Source: an uncultured delta proteobacterium (GTDB lineage Bacteria; Myxococcota_A; Polyangia; Polyangiales; JAFGIB01). From it: 64,000 nucleotides of DNA. Both the position numbers and the translations under genes were made by a program. The DNA is taken from NCBI GenBank assembly GCA_963778655.1, contig CAVZVA010000002.1, positions 512,001 through 576,000 of the forward strand, in the 5' to 3' direction. Below are positions 27,494-34,421 of the stretch, piece after piece. Every line of letters starts with the position of its first letter. Within the stretch, counting starts at the first letter, position 1. The notes below the pieces were generated by a model that was given only the letters and a program-made list of their open reading frames with translations, did no database searches and had not been told where the DNA came from.

Positions 27494-29247
27494 ACCACCA
27501 CCTCGCGTTCCTCCGCGGCGTGCCCCGCGCCGTCCAGCGGCAGCTTGACCAGCGCGCGGGTGCCGCCACCCGGCCGCGGCTCGAGGTCGAGCGTACCGTG
27601 CATGGCGCGCACCAGCATGTACGAGGTGTAGAGGCCGAGCCCGGTGCCCTCGCCCGGAGGCTTGGTGGTGGTGAAGGGCTCGAACAAGCGCCCGGCCACG
27701 CGCGGATCGATGCCGGTGCCGTCGTCGTCGACCGCGATGGACACCGCGCCGTCGCCGTCGTGCTGGGCCGAGACGCGCACGCGGCCTGCGGGCCGCGCGC
27801 GCAGCGCATCCTGGGCGTTCTGCAGCAGGTTGACCAGCACCTGCACCAGCCGATCCTGATCGCAGCGCAGGCGAATGCCATCGAGGCTGGGGTCGAGCTC
27901 GAGCGGCGCACGGCTGCGCGCGCCGGCGAAGACCAGCGCTCCCGCGCGCTCGACCACCGCGCCGAGCGGCACCGCGCCGAGGATGCGCAGGCGCACCAGG
28001 TCGCCACCGGCGAGCAGCTCCTGTGCGATGCGGCCCAGCCGCGCGGTCTCCTCTTTGATGAGCGAGGCGGACTCGGCGAGGTCCGAGGTCAAGCGCCCGC
28101 GGTCGTCGGCGTCGGCGTGGTCGAGGCTGCGCAAGGCGGCGACCATGTCCGCCGCCAGGGTGCGGATGGTAGCCAGGGGCGTGTTCAGCTCGTGGGCCAC
28201 GCCCTGCGCCACGCGCCCCAGGCTCGCCAGCCGTTCGGCCAGCACCAGCTGGCGCTCGGCCAGGGTGGCAGCGGTGCGGTCGAGGTACAGGTTCATCACG
28301 CGCGGCTTCTGGCCCTGGCTCGCGGAGAGCGGAAACGAGAGTAGCTCGTACACACGCTCGGTGCTCGAGCCTTCGACCGCGAAGCGGCAGCGCCCGGCCT
28401 CGCCGTGCTGGAACGAACGCTGGATCGGACACAGCCCCGAGGCGTCGCGCTCGCACGCGCTCTCGGTGCCGGGGCAGCGCCACGGGTCGCCGCTGTCGAG
28501 ACGCGGCACCAGCCGCCGCGCCAGGCGGTTGCGCCACACCACCATGTGCCCGGCGTCGACCACCTCGAGGCCGGCGTCGAGCTCGTTGAGCGTGGTCGAC
28601 AGCAGCTCGTACTCCAGCTCGGCGCGATCGCGCGCATCCTCGAGGGCGCGCTCGCGGTCGCGCAGCTCGGCGACCGCGTGCGTCACCAGGTACGCGACCG
28701 CGCCCACGGTCGAGGCGAAGGCGACCACGTTCGCCAGCGGTCCCCACAGGCCCTGCGGGTGCCAGTAGCCGATGCGCAGCCCCGGCACCAGCTCGGTCAG
28801 CCCGAGCAGGCCGGCGCAGGCCAGCGCGAAGCCGCCCGCGAGCAGCGAGGCGCGCGGCCCGGACAGGATGCCCACCACCGCCACGTGGAACACGTAGTAG
28901 CTGATGAAGGGCGTGCGCAGGCCACCGGCCGCCCACAGCACGATCGTCAGCACCAGGAAGTCGATCAACGCCTGGTAGATGGCGGCTCGACGGTCGACCG
29001 AGGCGGTGCCGCGCTCGAGCTCGCGCCACATCGTGGCGTTGTAGAAGGCCGCGCCGGTCGCGGTCGCGAACAGCACCTGCCAGTTGACCCCCGGGAAGTC
29101 CCCGAGCGCGGCCAGGGCCGCGGCGATCACGATGCCGAGCAGGGCGATCCAGCGCAGCCGGACGAGCCAGCCCAAGCGCTCGGCGGTCAGGCCCGAGACA
29201 GGCTGCGCCTCGCGCCGCTTGCCCTCCATGGAGTCCGCATCGAGCAT
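27490..29247 (-). CDS. Membrane sensor histidine kinase
   Basis: N-terminal TM helices, AHELNTPL, NLLQNA, DDGTG, GTGLG; overlaps the regulator start. Confidence 0.92.
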   Translation of the reverse strand: MLDADSMEGKRREAQPVSGLTAERLGWLVRLRWIALLGIVIAAALAALGDFPGVNWQVLFATATGAAFYNATMWRELERGTASVDRRAAIYQALIDFLVLTIVLWAAGGLRTPFISYYVFHVAVVGILSGPRASLLAGGFALACAGLLGLTELVPGLRIGYWHPQGLWGPLANVVAFASTVGAVAYLVTHAVAELRDRERALEDARDRAELEYELLSTTLNELDAGLEVVDAGHMVVWRNRLARRLVPRLDSGDPWRCPGTESACERDASGLCPIQRSFQHGEAGRCRFAVEGSSTERVYELLSFPLSASQGQKPRVMNLYLDRTAATLAERQLVLAERLASLGRVAQGVAHELNTPLATIRTLAADMVAALRSLDHADADDRGRLTSDLAESASLIKEETARLGRIAQELLAGGDLVRLRILGAVPLGAVVERAGALVFAGARSRAPLELDPSLDGIRLRCDQDRLVQVLVNLLQNAQDALRARPAGRVRVSAQHDGDGAVSIAVDDDGTGIDPRVAGRLFEPFTTTKPPGEGTGLGLYTSYMLVRAMHGTLDLEPRPGGGTRALVKLPLDGAGHAAEEREVVV

Positions 29248-29283
29248 GTTGTCTGGCCAGCTCCCGTCCAGGAAATCCGGGTC

Positions 29284-29358
29284 AAGAGATTCACGGCAAG
29301 GCGGGAAGCCGGAAAGCCGAGGCTGTTTGGGCTCTTCCCGTCCTCTCGTCTTGCTGTT
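29284..29358 (-). repeat. REP-like intergenic palindrome, family A copy (reverse orientation)
   Basis: Reverse complement reads AACAGCAAGACGAGAGGACGGGAAG...GGCTTCCCGCCTTGCCGTGAATCTCTT. Confidence 0.8.
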
Positions 29359-29478
29359 TCTGCTCCGGGCCCCTCCAGGATGCGACCCGCGTGACCGATT
29401 GCTCCGCGGCCGCCCTCCAATTGTTGGGCCATCGGGGCGGCGCCGCAATTGTCCCCAGGGCGGATTCCCGCTCGGCGC

Positions 29479-30555
29479 TCAGCCCAGCGCCAGGCTGCGC
29501 TGGGCCGGCTGGATCGCGTCCGCGGTGACGCGGGCCAGGTCCACCCCTCCCCGGCCCTCGCAATCGACCAGAAACAGCAGCTCGCGGTTGCGCAGGTGGC
29601 TGACCCGGCCGGTCTTGACCCCGCTCGGGCTGTAGATGCCGATCTGGGCGCCGACGTAGCGCTTGAAGTCCAGGGCCACGACCTGCACCGGCCCGCGCGT
29701 GGACAGCACGGCGTGCAGCGCCTGCTGGTCGAGATAGCCCTCGTCGTTGAACGAGACGATCAGGTAGCGCGCGCGCACCGCGTCGATCACTTCCTGCAGC
29801 GCCTGGCGGATGCGGCGCTTGCTGTTGAACGCGCTGTCGTACTGCCGGCAGTCCACGCGCTTGCAGGCGACGCCGTAGACCTCGGGCTTGTCCCAGCGCA
29901 CCAGCGACTCCCACACGTGGTAGTTGTTCATGTACTTGTGCTGGTTGTACGGGGGATCGAGGTAGACCACGTCGTGCTCGCCCCGGCGCACGCACTCGAG
30001 CGCGTCGAGCTGCAGCGCTGTGCCGCCGCCGTCGGCGAGATCGGGCAGGCGCAGCTCGAGGTCGTTGTGGGCGCGCGCGGCCCAGCGCTTGAGGAAGGCC
30101 ATCTGCAGCCCGACTGTGGAGTCGACCCGATCGGCGGCCTCCATCAAAGCCACCAGCAGGATCGCCTCGAGCTCGGGATGCAGATCCATCCCGGCGATCG
30201 CCTCGCGCATGGCGTCGATGCGCGCGCCGTTCTTGGGCTGGAAGTAGCGCGAGGCCACGCAGAAGGTCTCGGTGAAATAGCCCGGCCGGGGCGGCAGCTG
30301 CGACAGCTCGTCGAGCAGCGTCCGCGCCTGCGCCTGCCAGCGGCCGCGGTCGGCTTGCACGTAGCAGAGCGCGAGCTGGTGGGCGAAGCGGGTGTGATCG
30401 TTGGCGGTCACGGCATAGCCCAAGCGCTTGAGCAGGTGGCCCACGCGCGCGGTGCCGCTGAACAGGTCCAGCACCGTGTGCACCTCGGGCAGCGCGGCCA
30501 CGACCTTGGCGATGTGCTCGACCAGCAGCCGCTTCGACCCGATGTACTTGATCAT
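29479..30555 (-). CDS. Orphan DNA adenine methyltransferase (D12 class)
   Basis: KYIGSK, DLFSGT, YLDPPY, SFNDEG. Confidence 0.88.
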   Translation of the reverse strand: MIKYIGSKRLLVEHIAKVVAALPEVHTVLDLFSGTARVGHLLKRLGYAVTANDHTRFAHQLALCYVQADRGRWQAQARTLLDELSQLPPRPGYFTETFCVASRYFQPKNGARIDAMREAIAGMDLHPELEAILLVALMEAADRVDSTVGLQMAFLKRWAARAHNDLELRLPDLADGGGTALQLDALECVRRGEHDVVYLDPPYNQHKYMNNYHVWESLVRWDKPEVYGVACKRVDCRQYDSAFNSKRRIRQALQEVIDAVRARYLIVSFNDEGYLDQQALHAVLSTRGPVQVVALDFKRYVGAQIGIYSPSGVKTGRVSHLRNRELLFLVDCEGRGGVDLARVTADAIQPAQRSLALG

Positions 30556-30624
30556 GAAGGCGTGCAGCCCCGCATGCGGTTGGCGTGCATGGTAGCATGG
30601 GCCGCGCCGCGGCCGCGACAGCTC

Positions 30625-31359
30625 ATGGATGATCCGCAGCAGGGTTTTCGCCTCGAAGGCGTCAGCGTGTCCGCGGGCGGCACCGCGCTGCTGCGCGAAA
30701 TCGATCTGGCGCTGCCGCGGGGGCAGTGGAGCGCGCTGCTCGGTCCCTCGGGCTCGGGCAAGACCACCCTGCTGCGCCTGCTCAATCGCTTGACCGAGCC
30801 CAGCGTGGGTACGGTCTCGTGGGCGGGCCGGGCGTTGCCGACCTATGACGTGCGCGCGCTGCGACGCGAGGTGGCGCTGGTGGTGCAGCAGCCGCGCCTG
30901 GGCGCGGGCCGCGTGCGCGACAGCCTCGAGCTGCCGCTGCGGCTGGGCGCGGTGGACGCTGCGGTTCTGCACGAGCGCCTGCCGCTGGCGTGCGAGACGG
31001 CGCAGCTGCCGCAGGCCCTGCTGGAGCGTGCCGTGACCGCGCTTTCCGGCGGCGAGCGCCAGCGCGTGGCTCTGGCGCGGGCGCTGATCCTGGCGCCGCG
31101 CGCGCTACTGCTGGACGAGCCGACCGCGGCGCTCGACCGCGACACCGCCCGCCGGCTGATCGCAGCGCTCGACACGCTGCGGCGCACCCAGGGGCTCACG
31201 CTGGTCGCGGTCACCCACCGCGTCGAGGAGCTGGCGGAGCTCGCGGGGCTGTGCGTGGTGCTCGAGGCCGGCGCGGTGGCCGAGCAGGGACCGCCCCAGC
31301 AGGTGCTGCAGCGACCGCAGAGCGCGGCGGCCCGGAGCCTGCTCGGGCTGCCGGCATGA
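30625..31359 (+). CDS. ABC transporter ATP-binding protein (FetA/PstB-like)
   Basis: GPSGSGKT, LSGGERQR, LLDEPT, VTH. Confidence 0.9.
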   Translation: MDDPQQGFRLEGVSVSAGGTALLREIDLALPRGQWSALLGPSGSGKTTLLRLLNRLTEPSVGTVSWAGRALPTYDVRALRREVALVVQQPRLGAGRVRDSLELPLRLGAVDAAVLHERLPLACETAQLPQALLERAVTALSGGERQRVALARALILAPRALLLDEPTAALDRDTARRLIAALDTLRRTQGLTLVAVTHRVEELAELAGLCVVLEAGAVAEQGPPQQVLQRPQSAAARSLLGLPA

Positions 31360-31373
31360 GCCCCATGAAAATG

Positions 31374-31456
31374 CAGCAGCAATGCGGGAAGACCGGAAGC
31401 CCAACCTGGTATTTCCTCCCGCCTTCCTCCCGCCTTCCCGCCTTCGGGTTGAATCT
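31374..31456 (+). repeat. REP-like intergenic palindrome, degenerate family A copy
   Basis: CAGCAATGCGGGAAGACCGGAAG...CCCGCCTT x3...GTTGAATCT. Confidence 0.6.
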
Positions 31457-31473
31457 GGATTAGTCTCGGGGCG

Positions 31474-33696
31474 ATGCCCGGGGCCGACAGGCAGCTCGTG
31501 GCGCTGGCCGTCGCGCTGGCGCTGTTCGCGTGCTGGCCGCACCCCGCGCTGTGGGTTCCTCTGCTCGGCTATGCGGTCGCGATCGGCCTGTTGTCGGCGC
31601 TGAACGCGCAGCGCCTGGCGCTGCCGCCGGCGACGAGCCGGATCGCGCTGCTGTCGCTGCTCGCGGCGCCGGGCGCGCTCGCGCTGTTTCGCGCGCGCGG
31701 CGAGCTGGCCGCGAACGAGGGCCTGCGCGGGCTGCCGGAGCTGCTCGCGCAACGCTTGCGCCTGGAGGCGCTGCCCGCGATCGCGCCGCCGCTGGTCTCC
31801 GCCGATCGACCGCAGACGTTCTACGTACACGCGCCGGAGCACGCGCAGGTCAGCGTGCGCTTCGGCGCCCGCGCCGCGGAGCTGCCGGCCGTCGAGCTGG
31901 GCGCGGGTCTGTACCGCGTGCGCTACGACCCGCGGCGCGACGGACCGCCCTCGCCGGCGGAGGGCGCGCTGCAGGCCACGATCGCGGTCGGCGAGCGACA
32001 CGCGCAGCGCACGCTGCGCGCGGTCACGCCGCTGCCACACCCGCGCTGGCTCGCGCGCTCGCCGGACGGCACGCTGGCGGCCACCGTGAGCGAGGAAACC
32101 GACGAGCTGATCACGATCTCGGCGCGTGGCATCGAGCGCCGCATCCCGGTCGGGGACGCGCCCAGCGATTGCGCCTTCCTCGACGCCACGCACATCGCAG
32201 TGTCCCACCGCGCGAGCGACGCCTTGCTCATCGTGGACGCCGCGGGCGGAACGCGAGAGCAGAGCCTGGCGCTCGGCGCGTTTCAAACCCGGCTGGCGGT
32301 GAGCCCGGATGGCTCGCTGCTGGCCGTGGGCCGCGGCGGCCGCAACCCCGAGCTCGTGCTGGTGGGCTGGCCGCAGGCGCGTGTGCTGGCGCGCATCGCG
32401 TTCGACCTCGCGCCCGATTGGCTGGCCTTCGGCGCGGACGCCGGCACGCTCTTGGTGAGCACGCGCGCGGACGCCGCGCTGCGGCGCTACCGGCTCGGCC
32501 CGGGCGGCTGGCGAGAGGACGGCAGGCTGCGGCTGGGCCGCGCCGCGGTCACGCTGGCGCGCTCGCGCGACGGCGCGCGCGTCATGCTCGCCACCACCGA
32601 CTACCGGCCCGACGGCCGCGGCAACCTGGCGAACCACTTCGTGCAGGACCAGATCTTGTTCGTCGACGTTGGGCGCCTGCGCGTGGAGCGCGTGCTGCTC
32701 ACGGCGCGGCGCAGCCCGCGCCAGTCCAAACCCGGAGACGTGGACCGCGGCGTCTCGCCGATGGGCATCAGCCAGGCCGAGGACGGCTCGCTGTTGATCG
32801 CCTTTGCGGGCACCGACGAGCTGTGGCGCTGGCGCCCCGATGCGCCCGAGCCCGAGCCGATCGACCTGTACGACACGGAGCTGCACGCGCCGTGCTCTGT
32901 GGTCCAGCTGCACGGCGGCGCGCTGCTGCTTTCGTCACCCTCGGCCGGTGCGCTCGGGCTGCTGTCGGGGTCGCGGGCGCAGCCGCGCGTGCTGCGGCTC
33001 GCGCCCGACGACGCCTATCTGCTCAAGCACGACCCCGACGCGCTCGAGCGGCGGCTGGGCGAGTGGGGCTTCTACGAGGCCACGCGCAGCGGGATCTCGT
33101 GCCAGAGCTGCCACATGCACGCCGACAGCGACGAGGCCGCGCACAACCTCGGCACCCATCGCCTGCTGCCGACGCTCTCGGTGCGCGGGCTGCTCGGCAC
33201 CGGGCCGTTTCTGCGCGACGGTAGCTTCGCCAGCATCGGCGAGCTCGATCACGTGTCGCAGACGCTGTACCGCGGCTATCTGCGGCGCGCGCCGGGACGG
33301 CCGCAAACGCTGCAGGCGTTCGTGAGCGCGCTGCCGCGGCGGCCTGTAGCGCGGCAGGACAGCCCGCAGCAGCTGGCGCAGCAGCGCCGCGGCGTGCGCG
33401 CGTTCGTGCGCGCGGGCTGCCCCACCTGCCACGCCTTTCCCGCGTTTACGAACCTCGGCCAGCAGCTGTTCCGCAACCTGTTTCCGCTGCGCGGCGCGAA
33501 GCGGCCCGCCGACGATCTGCTCGACACGCCGTCGCTGCTCTCGGTGGGAGCGAGCGCGCCCTATCTCAGCGACGGTCGGGCGCGCACGCTGCAGGCGGTG
33601 CTGGTCGACCACAATCGCAGCAATCGCCACGGCAACACCGCGGCGCTTTCCAGCGGGGAGCGCGCCGACCTGATCGCGCTATTGGAGTCGTTGTGA
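31474..33696 (+). CDS. Membrane-anchored YVTN-like beta-propeller plus di-heme cytochrome c (peroxidase-like) protein
   Basis: N-terminal TM helices, SPDG repeats, CQSCH and CPTCH, DTPSL, APYLSDG, RHG, C-terminal LIALLESL. Confidence 0.75.
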   Translation: MPGADRQLVALAVALALFACWPHPALWVPLLGYAVAIGLLSALNAQRLALPPATSRIALLSLLAAPGALALFRARGELAANEGLRGLPELLAQRLRLEALPAIAPPLVSADRPQTFYVHAPEHAQVSVRFGARAAELPAVELGAGLYRVRYDPRRDGPPSPAEGALQATIAVGERHAQRTLRAVTPLPHPRWLARSPDGTLAATVSEETDELITISARGIERRIPVGDAPSDCAFLDATHIAVSHRASDALLIVDAAGGTREQSLALGAFQTRLAVSPDGSLLAVGRGGRNPELVLVGWPQARVLARIAFDLAPDWLAFGADAGTLLVSTRADAALRRYRLGPGGWREDGRLRLGRAAVTLARSRDGARVMLATTDYRPDGRGNLANHFVQDQILFVDVGRLRVERVLLTARRSPRQSKPGDVDRGVSPMGISQAEDGSLLIAFAGTDELWRWRPDAPEPEPIDLYDTELHAPCSVVQLHGGALLLSSPSAGALGLLSGSRAQPRVLRLAPDDAYLLKHDPDALERRLGEWGFYEATRSGISCQSCHMHADSDEAAHNLGTHRLLPTLSVRGLLGTGPFLRDGSFASIGELDHVSQTLYRGYLRRAPGRPQTLQAFVSALPRRPVARQDSPQQLAQQRRGVRAFVRAGCPTCHAFPAFTNLGQQLFRNLFPLRGAKRPADDLLDTPSLLSVGASAPYLSDGRARTLQAVLVDHNRSNRHGNTAALSSGERADLIALLESL

Positions 33697-34331
33697 GCGC
33701 TCAGGTGTCAGCAAGCGCGGTCGAGGGCGCGAACAAGGCGGCCGCAGCTCCGTCGAGCCGGCGCCGTGCCACCGCGCGCGGTGCCGCGATCGCGGCGGCC
33801 CTGGCGCTGAGCGTGGTCGGCTGGCTCGGGCTGCACGAGCGCTGGGCGGTCGCGCGCGAGCTCGTGCTCTCGCGCGGCACCGGCTGGGTCGCGCTCGGCG
33901 CGCTGCTGCTCTCACTGTGCATGACCCCGCTCGGGCGCATCGGCTCGCGGCTGTCGGGACGCGCCAAGCCTGCTGCCGACCTCGCGCTGGCGCGGCGGGC
34001 GCTGGGCATCACCGCGGCGTGGCTCGCGCTCGGCCACGCGTGCCTCTCACTCGCGCTCGACTTGCACGGCAACCTGGCCGCGCTGCTGGCCTGGCCGCAC
34101 CTGCGCGCGGGGCTGGCAGCGCTATGCGTGCTGCTGGTGCTGCTGCTGACCTCGTTCGGAGCGCTGATCGCCCGGCTGCGCCTGCGCTTCTGGAAGGAGT
34201 TGCACCGGCTGGCCTACGTCGCCGCCCTGCTCGCGCTGCAGCACGTGCTGCTCTCGCCCTTCGCGCCCCGCACACTTACGCTGGTGCTGTTTGGGGCGGC
34301 CTTCTTGCTCGGTCTGGCGCGCTTCTTGTGA
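33693..34331 (+). CDS. MsrQ-like ferric reductase transmembrane (heme b) protein
   Basis: LSLCMTPL, RRALG, H, LLLTS, WKELHRLAY, H; GTGA overlap with upstream gene. Confidence 0.8.
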   Translation: MSAQVSASAVEGANKAAAAPSSRRRATARGAAIAAALALSVVGWLGLHERWAVARELVLSRGTGWVALGALLLSLCMTPLGRIGSRLSGRAKPAADLALARRALGITAAWLALGHACLSLALDLHGNLAALLAWPHLRAGLAALCVLLVLLLTSFGALIARLRLRFWKELHRLAYVAALLALQHVLLSPFAPRTLTLVLFGAAFLLGLARFL

Positions 34332-34421
34332 CCGGGGCACCTGCCGCCTGGTGTACGCTTCCTGCAGCGAGGAGACCCCCTCACGGCGCGGTCGCACGCG
34401 CCGATCGGATTGACCTCACCC

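Noticed and set aside
29449..30624. Long N-terminal extension of the ABC ATPase ORF
   Set aside because: Overlaps the methyltransferase on the opposite strand; the real start is most likely 30625
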